A DNA stretch of 64,000 nucleotides, from the NCBI GenBank assembly GCA_963668655.2, contig CAXXPQ010000001.1, positions 663,318 to 727,317 on the forward strand, read 5' to 3'. The stretch is from Myxococcota bacterium. Its GTDB lineage: Bacteria; Myxococcota_A; SURF-8. A program made the translations under genes and the position numbers. The first letter of the stretch is position 1. Every line of letters begins with the position of its first letter. The notes below the pieces were generated by a model. The model made no database searches. It saw only the letters and a program-made list of their open reading frames with translations, and was not told the DNA's origin. This document shows, piece after piece, positions 36,882-46,288 of the stretch.

Positions 36882-38693
36882 CTATTTCTTCGGTTCGGAA
36901 TACATCTCTTCGATCTGGTCTTTGTAGAGTTCATTGATAATTTTGCGCTTCAGTTTCATGGTGGGAGTCAGCTCGCCCGTTTCCTGGGAGAATGAATGGT
37001 CGATCAGGCGGAATTTCTTGATCTGCTCCACCCGGGCGAACTGATCATTGTAGGCGTTGATGGCTTCTTCGTACAGTTTTTGAACTTCGGCCAGTCCGAT
37101 GAGGTCGGCATGACTCTTGAATTCCAGGTTGCGTTCCCGGGCCCAGTTGGCCAGGGCCTCGAAATCCGGGACGATGAGAGCCGAGATGAAGGGACGACCG
37201 TCCCCGATGGAAACGATGGTTTCGATGTACGGATCGATAATCATGGCGCGCTCCAGATTCTGCGGGGAGATGTTTTTCCCGCCGGCGGTGATGAAGAGTT
37301 CTTTCTTTCGATCGGTAATGGACAGAAAACCGTCGTGGATTTCTCCGATATCACCCGTCTTGAACCAGCCGTTCTCATCGAAGGTTTCGCGGGTGGCCTC
37401 GGGTTTGTTGTAGTAGCCCTTCATGACCTGCGGCCCCTTGATGAGGATTTCGCCGTCGGGAGCGATGCGGAGTTCGGTGTCCAGCACGGCTTTTCCCACG
37501 CTGCCGAAGCGGAAGTCCTTGAAGGTGTTCAGGCAGACGATGGGCGTGGTTTCGGACAGGCCATAGCCCTCGTTGATCCACAGGCCCAGGGCATGGAAAA
37601 ATTCGTTGATCTCCCGGGCCAGGGGGCCGCCGCCGGAGATGAACATCACGAGGCGATCCGCGCCGAGCCCGGTGCGGATTTTGGAAAAGATCAGGCGTTC
37701 GGCCAGTTTGTGTTGCAGGGAGAGCCAGGCGGGCAGGGATTTCCCCGTGGTGCGATAGACGGTGGCCCGTTTTCCCACTCCCAGGGCCCAGGAAAACAGC
37801 GATTTCTTCAACGGGCTGGCTTTGGCCAGTTTTTCGTGTACGCCGTTGTAGATTTTCTCGAAGAGTCTCGGCACGCTGATGAGGAAGTCGGGACGCAGTT
37901 CCTTCATGTTTTCCACGATGGTGGTGGTGTCCTCGGAATAATAGACGGTCCCGCCCAGGTAGATGGGAAAGTACCAGCCTCCGGTGCGTTCCATAGAATG
38001 GCTGAGCGGCAGGAAACTGAGCGCCATCTGACCTTCCTTGAAGATATCGCCGTAACAGTCGCTGGCCTGGTAGACGTTGGACAGGAAATTCTTATGGGTG
38101 AGCATGACGCCCTTCGGGGGGCCGGTGGTTCCGGAGGTGTAGATCAGCGTGGCCAGATCCAGGGGCGCGATGTCGTCCAGACGGCGTTCGAGTTCCTCCG
38201 GGGCGTCATGGTCTTCGCCCAGGGCGATGACGTCGTCCATGTGCAGGACGGTTTCGCCGTCCTCGACGCCCAGCCGCTCCATGGTGATGACGTGGGAAAG
38301 TCCCTCCACGCCGTCCCGGACGCTTCGGATTTTCTCGAAGTGTTCCTTTCCGGCGACGACCACCATTCTGCTTTTGGAGTCGTTCAGAATGTATTCGCAT
38401 TCCAGGGCCGAGTTGGTGGCGTAGATGGGGACGTCCACCGCGCCGCAGGAGAGGATCGCCAGGTCGGCCAGTCCCCATTCCGGACGATTGGGGCTGAAGA
38501 TGGCGGCGTGACCGCCCGGCCGGAGTCCCAGGGAGATGAGGCCGAGGGCGAAGTTTCGGACCTTGCGTTCCGCCTCGCCCCAGGTCATGGTTTTCCAGGA
38601 ACCGTTTTCCTTCCATCCCAGAAAGGGCGTCCCCGGAATTTCCGCAGCCTTGTTGAAAAACGTCTCGGGGATATGCCTTTCCTTGATGTCCAT
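36882..38693 (-). CDS. Long-chain acyl-CoA synthetase (AMP-forming, FadD/FACL-like)
   Basis: AMP-binding motif LIYTSGTTGPPKGVMLTH. Also GYGLSET and the GDIG..DG...I.DRKK region. GGAAGGAG RBS. Confidence 0.85.
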   Translation of the reverse strand: MDIKERHIPETFFNKAAEIPGTPFLGWKENGSWKTMTWGEAERKVRNFALGLISLGLRPGGHAAIFSPNRPEWGLADLAILSCGAVDVPIYATNSALECEYILNDSKSRMVVVAGKEHFEKIRSVRDGVEGLSHVITMERLGVEDGETVLHMDDVIALGEDHDAPEELERRLDDIAPLDLATLIYTSGTTGPPKGVMLTHKNFLSNVYQASDCYGDIFKEGQMALSFLPLSHSMERTGGWYFPIYLGGTVYYSEDTTTIVENMKELRPDFLISVPRLFEKIYNGVHEKLAKASPLKKSLFSWALGVGKRATVYRTTGKSLPAWLSLQHKLAERLIFSKIRTGLGADRLVMFISGGGPLAREINEFFHALGLWINEGYGLSETTPIVCLNTFKDFRFGSVGKAVLDTELRIAPDGEILIKGPQVMKGYYNKPEATRETFDENGWFKTGDIGEIHDGFLSITDRKKELFITAGGKNISPQNLERAMIIDPYIETIVSIGDGRPFISALIVPDFEALANWARERNLEFKSHADLIGLAEVQKLYEEAINAYNDQFARVEQIKKFRLIDHSFSQETGELTPTMKLKRKIINELYKDQIEEMYSEPKK

Positions 38694-38754
38694 GAAGCGC
38701 TCCTTCCAACGTGTTACGAATCCGCAAGCGACAATCGACCGGCGACGTCTTTTT

Positions 38755-41700
38755 TCAAGGGGCCGTGCAGTCCGTCAGGCAGATACAGGTTCCTTCTCCA
38801 TCCACAAAGGGGATCCGACCTTCCCAGCAGGTCTGTCCCACGTCGCAAAGCGGCGTCCCCGGCGAGGATTCCTGGCAGGCATCGTCCAGGCAGACGTGAT
38901 GGCCTTCCGCGCCGCAGCAGCGTTCGCCGCCGTTGCAGGCGCCGTCGTCCCCCCAACCGTTTCCCGCAAGAATCTGTTCCATCGGATCGCAGGTGACGCC
39001 CGGATCTTCGCAGACCGGAGGGTTGTGATTCCAGGGTTCGCAGTAGCCGCCGTCGTCTCCCGCCACGCCGCCTGGGTAGGCCACGCAGGCCCACTGGGGT
39101 TCCGTGTCGTCCCGGGTTTCGTCGGCGGGATCGGCGGGACAGTCCGCCGCCCCCAGCGTACAACCCGCCACGCAGCGGGCCGAGATCTCCCCTTCCACGC
39201 AGATATCGCCTTCGGTCGCACAGGCCGAGGGATCCAGCGGATCGCAGACGGGCAGGGCGTCCCACCAGGAGAGGAAGGTTTCCGCGACATGGCTCTGCTT
39301 GCGGCAATAGCCCGTTTCGAACAGGGAGACGCCGAATTCGTCGGCCTGGATGTGCGGCATGCAGGTGAAGCCGTCGTCGCATTCGTGGGGCAGAGGCGTG
39401 CAGGGAATGCGGCATTCCCGGAAGACGGCCTGCCCCTGCACGCGGTCCACGCAGACGCCGTCTCCAAGGAAGGGATGGCGGACGCTCAGTTCGAACGGCC
39501 CGCCGTGGATGCGGCCGCCTTCCTTCAATCCGTCCACGATCACGCAGTAACTCCCCGGGATGAGTCGCAATTCCTCCAGCCGCGGGCTGAAGCCCATGAA
39601 GCCGTCGTCGCAGGCCAGGGGCTCCGAGTCGGCGTCGTCGCAGGGGCCGCTCCAGACCTCCAGCGCGGCCTTGAATGCGGCGGAAACGCGCAGATCCACC
39701 TGGACGGTTTTCGGGACGGTCAGTTCGAACATCTGATCCGGGCTGCCGCCGGTTACGGCGCAGCTTAAAGAAACCTTGTCCGTACGTCCGGAGGTGTCGC
39801 CCGCCGCCCAGACACCGGCGGTATAATCCAGGTCGGACAGGATCGTGGCGCGGTCGGCGCGTTCTCCGTCTCGCGGTCCGGCGAAGGCCGCCCGCATGGA
39901 GAGCGACGCGGCCAGGATTTCCGCCGTTTTCCCGGTCTGGTTGTCTACGACCAGCCGCCAGGTTCCGGCGGCGTGGACGTTCTCCAGGCGGTCCAGGTTT
40001 CCCGGCGTGCTGATGGCGGGCAGGGCGAGGGAAAGCCGCCAGCCGGTTTCTCCTTGGGCGGCCGCGCCGCTGTCGCCTCCCGGCCAGGAGCGGAAGTCGG
40101 AGAATCCGCCGATGGCGAGTTCGGTTCCGTCCGGCGCGACGAGGGTTAGATCCAGCGAGGACGCGGGCGATTCCGCGAACTCGACGGCGAACAGGAGCCC
40201 CAGGTCCAGCACGTCCAGGGCGGGAAGATGCAGGGAGAAGGTGTTTTCTCCCGAAAACAGCGGCGTACTGACGGGTTCCAGGAAATCGTACTTCTGGGCG
40301 GCGGCGCTTCCGGCGGGGTTGGGGATCATGCGGACCTCGGTCCGGTTGCCCGGGTCGTCGGTGAAAAGCAGCACGTCCCTGCGGCCGTCGCCGTTCGCGT
40401 CGAACAGCCGCAGGCCGGTGGCCCAGCCGTCCCCGGCGTCGTAGGTGGCCTGGGGGCCGAAGGATCCGTTCGACTGTATCAGACGCACGGCCAGGCGCAG
40501 GCGCGGCGGGCCGGTGGCGACCGAAGGAAAGACCACGAGGAGATCGTCCAGACCGTCGCCGTTCATGTCCGCCCATTCGAAAAAGACCTTTCCCAAAAGG
40601 CCCTCCATGGCGAAGGCGACGGGTTCGGCCGTTTCGGTGAACGCGCCCATGCCGTCTCCCGTAAAGATCCGCAGAAGATTCTGGGACGTGCGAACCGCCA
40701 GGTCTTTCAGGCCGTCGCGATTCAGATAGCCCACGCGCACGGAGGCTCCGTCCAGATCCTCCGGCCCCACGGGAAATTCGTCGATGCCTTCCTCGGAGGC
40801 GGCATGGCCGTACAGGCGGCCGTCGTCCGCCAGGACCAGGAGATCCGAGCGGCCATCCGCGGTCAGGTCCGCCGAATGCAGTTCGAGGATGCTGCGTTCG
40901 CTGAAGTCCATGGGGGAGGCGAAGGTGCCGTCTCCCTGGGAAATGAGGATGGCGTCTCCCAAAGCGAGATCCCCCAGGCCGTCATCGTCGAAGTCTCCGT
41001 GCAGCACGGCCAGCGTGTCGATGGCGAGCATTATGCCCGTGTCGATGCCTGCGTCGAAGGATCCGTCTCCCGTTCCGGGAAAAACGGTGAGGTACGCTTC
41101 GGGGCCGCCCGTTCGCGTGTGGACCAGGGCCAGGTCGAGCAGACCGTCCACGTAGAAATCTCCCACCACGAGCCGTCCGGCTTGTACGTCCGTCAGATCG
41201 ATCTGTCCGATGAGGCGTGTGTCGGGCGGGACGGAGGAGGGCGGGACTTCGCGGATCTCGATGCGTTCTCCATCGACGAGCCAGGCCATGTCCGCACGGC
41301 CGTCGTTATCGAAGTCGCCGAGCACGGCGTCCTGAATCGCGTCGTTGCCGAACACGGAGCTTTGGAAGGGCGCGCTCCGGCCCTCCATGCGGCCGTCCAG
41401 GAACACGGTGCGGACGCCGGAATCCTCCGCTTGCAGGGCGGCCAGTTCCAGAAGGCCGTCGCGGTTGGCGTCCGTGAGAAGGAAATCGGAAATGTGCTTG
41501 TCCTCGCCGATGCCGGAGTTTTCTATGATATTGGAGAGGGCGAAAACGCCGTTGCCCTTTCCCGGATACCACAGGAAGCGGGCCGGCGCGCCCGGTGTGC
41601 TCATGGCCAGAAGATCGAGGCGTCCGTCGCCGTCGAAATCGGCCACGGTGAGGGCTTCCGCCGGCAGTTCCAGGGTTTTCGCTTCCACGCTTCGGAAACG

Positions 41701-44700
41701 GCCGCCGCCGTCGGAAAGGAACGTGACCAGTCGATCGGGATTCGCCGCCGATCGCGCCAGGAGGTCCGGAGCGCCGTCGAAATTGAGATCCCCGACGAAC
41801 AGGAGGCGCACGGGTTCGGTCAGCGTCAAGGCGGCGTAGCTCATTCGCAGCACGCCGTTTTCCGCCTCCACGCCCAGATACCAGCCCAGCACCGCGTCCG
41901 GGGAACTCATGGCGATGTCCGGCTTCCCGTCCCCATTGAAGTCCGCCGCCAGGTAATCGAGCGCATCGAATTCCGGTGGATTATCGCCGTGAACTTCCTC
42001 GAAAGCGCCAGGGACGAAAGAACCGTCCGCCCGGTTCACGTACCAGGCCGGGCGGCGATTCACGGCATCGTGAACCAGGATGTCCGGGCGTTTGTCGCCG
42101 TTGAAGTCCGCGATGGCCAGGATATCCGTCTGCCAGCCGAGATCTTCCACGAGCCGGCCGTTTTCCGGGCTCGAAGCGCCGTAAAAGACCGCGCCCGCGC
42201 CCGTTACCAGATCCCGATAGCCGTCGCCGTCCAGATCGGAAACGGCGAGCGTGCGCACCGGGTCGGAGAACGATACCGCCGGATCGAGCACGGAAAACGG
42301 CTGCACCTCGTCCGCAAGCGTGTTGTCGGAGCGGGGTTCGTAGAGCGTCACGGTGGAAAGATCCGCCGCCCAGGCCGCTAGTTCGGGCAGGAAATCCCCT
42401 TGAATGTCGCCGGTTTCGAGATGTTGCAGGGTTTCCGCGTGGGCCTGTCCGAAGGCGTTCGGATGAAAATGCCCGCTCTGACGGCCCAGCGAGGAAAGAT
42501 CCGTAAAAGCCTTCGCCGGTCCCGGAGAGCTTTCCAGTTCGAACCCGGAAAGGGGCGTGCCCAGGGGCAGGCCCAGGGCATGGGGGCCGCCCGGATAGCT
42601 CCCGGCGGGACGGGTCGCCGTGCGTTCGTCCGATGTCCACTGAGAGAGGCGCACGTGGGTTTCGGGATCGGAGACGTAGACGCCCGCGGAAGCCCGTATC
42701 TCTGCGGAATCCGGGAACTCGCCGGAATCCCAGGGACTTTCGAAGCGTTTGCGGATTCTGGCCGGATCGCGGGCGATACGGTTCGTGGCGTCCAGACGGT
42801 TTTCCATCACGTCGTCGCCGTTGGCGTCTTGAACGGATTCCACCCGGTGATTGACGGCGAAGGGGCGGGCGCTCTGCCCGCCGCCCGGCGCGGCGTTGAC
42901 CACCGCGAGGTCGTAGGGGGCATCCGCCGCCGGAAGCGCAAAATCGGGGAAGCGCGCCAAAAGAATCCAGGAGGTGGGGCCGCCGGATTCCGAGCCCTCG
43001 GCCTCCGGATCGGGCAAGAGGCGCAGCACCTCGCCTTCCGTCGAATCGATCTGAATACGGGCGTTGTCCATGAAGCGGAAGCCCTCTACCCATACGAAAA
43101 GATCCTGTGAAATCGGGAGATTCTGCTCGTCCAGCCGTTCGACGGCATAGGATTGCGGCAGGAAAGGCCGCACGCAGGCGGACAGGTCTCCTGCCCCACA
43201 AGCCAGGCGCAGTTCGTCCAGCAGCTGTTCGGCTCCCGACGGACAGGTTTCGATGGCGGCCGTGCAGTTCTCCGGGAAGGTTTCGCAGGCCCAGAACTCC
43301 CGGCGACAGGCCTCGGGCAGCCAGGCGATGGCCTGTCTGGATTCGAAGTCCAAGGCCGTGACGGCGGTGATTTCCGGAGCCGGAGCCACGACGTGCAGGA
43401 AGTCCGTCTCCTCCGAAACGCCCGTGGATTCCACGGGTTCCGGGGTGACGACCCGCACCGGATAGGAACCGGTGGCGCGCATCAGCGGGTGGGTGTCCGC
43501 CAGAACCAGGCGGCAGCAGTTGATGCAGTCGGGGGGCACGCCGTCTTCCGCCGCCGGGCAACTTACGGCGTCGCTTTCCGCCGCCGTGCAGGCCATTCCG
43601 TTGACCGTGCCGGAAAGCCCGCAATCCATCATCAACTCGAAATCCCCTATCCGTGCCCGGGTGCCGTATTCCGGATGGCCGGGAGCCCCGGAGACGAAGT
43701 TCCAGCCGAAAATCGTCAGATCCGTCAGGCCGTTTTCGGAGTTCATGGCCACTACGGAGCCGGGCGAAACATGAGAGAGCGCCGGGACGGGACGCGTGCT
43801 CTGGGGTACGTCCAGAAGTTCAAGATGGAACTCTCCGATGGCCGGAACGTGCGTATCGGGAAGTTCGCTGCCGTTCTGCGCCCGGTCGAAAAAGCGGAAA
43901 TACAGGATTTTTTCTCCGGGTTCACCTTCCAGGGAAAGCGAGACGCCGGACGTGGCCGGGATGCAGTCCGCGTCGATGGGGGAACAGTTTCCCATGTCGC
44001 TTCGGTTCTGGGATACCTTGAAATAGGCCGTATCCGCGTCCGATTCCCGGATTTCCACCTGGACCACGGCGGAGGACACCGGAACGGGCGTTTCTCCCTC
44101 GGACCAGGATTCTCCGTTCACGCGCAGGCGGCCCAGGCCGGGGGGCGTGGTGTCCGCCTCCACGACATCGAAAAAGCCCGGCGAGACGTTGCCGGCTGCG
44201 TCCTTCAGAAAAGCGGAAACCGTGTTCAGCGCGTTGGGGTTTTTCAACTCCAGATCCAGCGGAAAATTCGTCAGCGCGACCGTTCGTTCTCCGTCCGCCA
44301 GATCGCCGCGCAGCACCGCCTTCAGACCGGTTTCGGCGCTCTGAACGTTTACGGAAACCGTCGCCGTGTTCACCAGATCCGCTCCTCCGGCCAGGGTGAG
44401 CGTTCCCGCGACGGGGGGGACGGTGTCCAGAGATATCTCGTTTTTGCTTTGCAAGGCCGCCGGGGTGACGTTTCCGGCATTGTCCCGGGCGCAGATCCAC
44501 AACGAGCGCAAGCCTTGTATGCCGGAAATGACGGTTCCGAAACGGCCGTCTTCCGGAAGCGTACGGTACTCGCCATGGGCGCAGTCGAAATCCGTTTCCG
44601 AAACGGCCACGCCGGCCACGCCCGACAGCGCGTCGGTGGCGTCCACATGCACGTCCACCATGGGACTGCTCGCCATTTCCCCCGCCGCTCCTCCGTTCAG

Positions 44701-45921
44701 CGTGCAGCTGACCTCCGGCGAGGTATGGTCCCACACCAGGGTTTGCTGCCGGGGTTCCGATTCATGGCCCGCCACGTCCGAGCACTTGACGGAGATCGTA
44801 TACTCGTTTTCGCCGTCGGCGAGCGTGAACGCCAGGTCGGGTTTGTAGGCCAGCCGTTGCCAGGCCGCCGAACCGATGCGCAGCCAGGCGTACGTCGCGG
44901 GTCCGGCCTCGTCCACGCAGGACAGCGAGAGAGCCACCAGACCTTCGGCGGTGTTCAGATAGCCGCTGCCGTTTCCCAGCACGACGTCCGCCAACACCGG
45001 GGGCTGACTGTCGGAAACCACCGTTTCGACCATGATTTCGGATTCGAAGCCGCAGGCGTCCGCGAACTGAATCCGCACGGTGTTCGTGCCTTCGGAAAGT
45101 CCGGAAAGATCCAGGTCGCCTTCACCGTCGAAGTCTCCGTAATCCGGGGTGTTTTCTCCGATCCAGATGCGCGCCCGGTTGGCGAAGGCCGCCTTGGCGT
45201 GAAAACGGATGTTTGCTTCGTCCACATACCAGAGACCTTCGTGAAGCGTCGCCTCCACGGCGTCCAGTTTTACGGTCTCGCCGTTCAGCGTGAAGGTCGG
45301 GCCGTCTACGTGGTGCCCGTTCCAGGCCACGACCACTTCCCGTCCCGAACAGGCCGCGTCCAGCAGGTCCGGTCCGATGGCCGAAAGGGAATACGCGCCC
45401 ACCGGCACGTTGGAGAAGACGTACTCGTTCTCGGCGTTCGGCTGCGTTTCCTGGCTTACCGCGCCCAGAAGCTTCACGGAAACCGAGGACGGCGCCACGC
45501 CTTGGGGAAGAATCAGGCTTCCCGTTACCGATCCGACGCCGGTTTTCAGAACGATATCGCCAAGATGGATGGCGTCGCCCGCTTCCAGGACCACGGAGGC
45601 GGCATAGGTGTTATAGGCCGATCCCTCGGCGTTGGCGACCAACCCGCCGCTGTAGGCGATGCTTATTTCGTAGGTCTTGGCTTCCAGGTCCGCGAAGCGG
45701 AACGCACCGTCCGCCTCCGGGGCGACGCTCTCGCCCTGTCCGATATCGATACTCACTCGTGAGATGTCGTTCAGGCCTTCCATATTCGAAAGGACCACCC
45801 GACCCTGGAGGCTGCCCGTGGTTTCCCGTGGTGTTTCGGTTTCGTCCCCGGAACACCCGGCGATCCAGAGAACAGGAAGAAAACCTACGGCCAGAATCAC
45901 CGCCCAAAAACGTTTCCGCAT
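38755..45921 (-). CDS. Giant FG-GAP/VCBS-repeat surface lipoprotein (2388 aa) with CarboxypepD_reg-like, Ig/IPT-like, P-domain-like, PPC-like and Cys-rich C-terminal regions
   Basis: Start at MRKRFWAVILAVGFLPVLWIAGC (45921, AAGGAG RBS). About 13-14 repeats of the D-x-[DN]-x-D-G-x-x-D-[LI] type (DLDGDGYRDLV, DFNGDGKPDIA, DMNGDGLDDLL...). GTWRLVVDN is P-domain-like. Confidence 0.85.
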   Translation of the reverse strand: MRKRFWAVILAVGFLPVLWIAGCSGDETETPRETTGSLQGRVVLSNMEGLNDISRVSIDIGQGESVAPEADGAFRFADLEAKTYEISIAYSGGLVANAEGSAYNTYAASVVLEAGDAIHLGDIVLKTGVGSVTGSLILPQGVAPSSVSVKLLGAVSQETQPNAENEYVFSNVPVGAYSLSAIGPDLLDAACSGREVVVAWNGHHVDGPTFTLNGETVKLDAVEATLHEGLWYVDEANIRFHAKAAFANRARIWIGENTPDYGDFDGEGDLDLSGLSEGTNTVRIQFADACGFESEIMVETVVSDSQPPVLADVVLGNGSGYLNTAEGLVALSLSCVDEAGPATYAWLRIGSAAWQRLAYKPDLAFTLADGENEYTISVKCSDVAGHESEPRQQTLVWDHTSPEVSCTLNGGAAGEMASSPMVDVHVDATDALSGVAGVAVSETDFDCAHGEYRTLPEDGRFGTVISGIQGLRSLWICARDNAGNVTPAALQSKNEISLDTVPPVAGTLTLAGGADLVNTATVSVNVQSAETGLKAVLRGDLADGERTVALTNFPLDLELKNPNALNTVSAFLKDAAGNVSPGFFDVVEADTTPPGLGRLRVNGESWSEGETPVPVSSAVVQVEIRESDADTAYFKVSQNRSDMGNCSPIDADCIPATSGVSLSLEGEPGEKILYFRFFDRAQNGSELPDTHVPAIGEFHLELLDVPQSTRPVPALSHVSPGSVVAMNSENGLTDLTIFGWNFVSGAPGHPEYGTRARIGDFELMMDCGLSGTVNGMACTAAESDAVSCPAAEDGVPPDCINCCRLVLADTHPLMRATGSYPVRVVTPEPVESTGVSEETDFLHVVAPAPEITAVTALDFESRQAIAWLPEACRREFWACETFPENCTAAIETCPSGAEQLLDELRLACGAGDLSACVRPFLPQSYAVERLDEQNLPISQDLFVWVEGFRFMDNARIQIDSTEGEVLRLLPDPEAEGSESGGPTSWILLARFPDFALPAADAPYDLAVVNAAPGGGQSARPFAVNHRVESVQDANGDDVMENRLDATNRIARDPARIRKRFESPWDSGEFPDSAEIRASAGVYVSDPETHVRLSQWTSDERTATRPAGSYPGGPHALGLPLGTPLSGFELESSPGPAKAFTDLSSLGRQSGHFHPNAFGQAHAETLQHLETGDIQGDFLPELAAWAADLSTVTLYEPRSDNTLADEVQPFSVLDPAVSFSDPVRTLAVSDLDGDGYRDLVTGAGAVFYGASSPENGRLVEDLGWQTDILAIADFNGDKRPDILVHDAVNRRPAWYVNRADGSFVPGAFEEVHGDNPPEFDALDYLAADFNGDGKPDIAMSSPDAVLGWYLGVEAENGVLRMSYAALTLTEPVRLLFVGDLNFDGAPDLLARSAANPDRLVTFLSDGGGRFRSVEAKTLELPAEALTVADFDGDGRLDLLAMSTPGAPARFLWYPGKGNGVFALSNIIENSGIGEDKHISDFLLTDANRDGLLELAALQAEDSGVRTVFLDGRMEGRSAPFQSSVFGNDAIQDAVLGDFDNDGRADMAWLVDGERIEIREVPPSSVPPDTRLIGQIDLTDVQAGRLVVGDFYVDGLLDLALVHTRTGGPEAYLTVFPGTGDGSFDAGIDTGIMLAIDTLAVLHGDFDDDGLGDLALGDAILISQGDGTFASPMDFSERSILELHSADLTADGRSDLLVLADDGRLYGHAASEEGIDEFPVGPEDLDGASVRVGYLNRDGLKDLAVRTSQNLLRIFTGDGMGAFTETAEPVAFAMEGLLGKVFFEWADMNGDGLDDLLVVFPSVATGPPRLRLAVRLIQSNGSFGPQATYDAGDGWATGLRLFDANGDGRRDVLLFTDDPGNRTEVRMIPNPAGSAAAQKYDFLEPVSTPLFSGENTFSLHLPALDVLDLGLLFAVEFAESPASSLDLTLVAPDGTELAIGGFSDFRSWPGGDSGAAAQGETGWRLSLALPAISTPGNLDRLENVHAAGTWRLVVDNQTGKTAEILAASLSMRAAFAGPRDGERADRATILSDLDYTAGVWAAGDTSGRTDKVSLSCAVTGGSPDQMFELTVPKTVQVDLRVSAAFKAALEVWSGPCDDADSEPLACDDGFMGFSPRLEELRLIPGSYCVIVDGLKEGGRIHGGPFELSVRHPFLGDGVCVDRVQGQAVFRECRIPCTPLPHECDDGFTCMPHIQADEFGVSLFETGYCRKQSHVAETFLSWWDALPVCDPLDPSACATEGDICVEGEISARCVAGCTLGAADCPADPADETRDDTEPQWACVAYPGGVAGDDGGYCEPWNHNPPVCEDPGVTCDPMEQILAGNGWGDDGACNGGERCCGAEGHHVCLDDACQESSPGTPLCDVGQTCWEGRIPFVDGEGTCICLTDCTAP

Positions 45922-46288
45922 GTAAGGCTCCTTGATCGCGGCGCGCCGCCGCCGAATGGGCGGAACGACCGAACGTATATTTTGTTCTGGCGACCGGTAC
46001 TGCGTCGAATACATGGATTTTAGACGAAAAGTCGGAAAAGTCAATTCGTTACGCAAGCTTCGGGATGATTCCCCCGGGCGTCTCCCCGGGATTCCCCGGC
46101 GGCGAGGTTCCGTCCGGAGGGAGGTCGGCGACGTGCGATTCGGTTCGGCTTCCGAAATTCTTTTCGGATGATTATCGTCGGTTTCCGTCTCTAATTCCTT
46201 TACAGTTTCCCGGTCGCCGTGTTTGAATGCAAAGTGCAACTTGGACGTGGGACGGAAAAGACCTGGGAACGACAAGGAGAAACGGCGC

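Noticed and set aside
36996-45762. ORFs 36996..38996(+), 38714..40576(-), 40228..42381(+), 41981..43624(-) and 43153..45762(+)
   Set aside because: They overlap the acyl-CoA ligase and FG-GAP genes in other frames or strands. They are low-complexity R/G/P/V-rich with no domain signatures.
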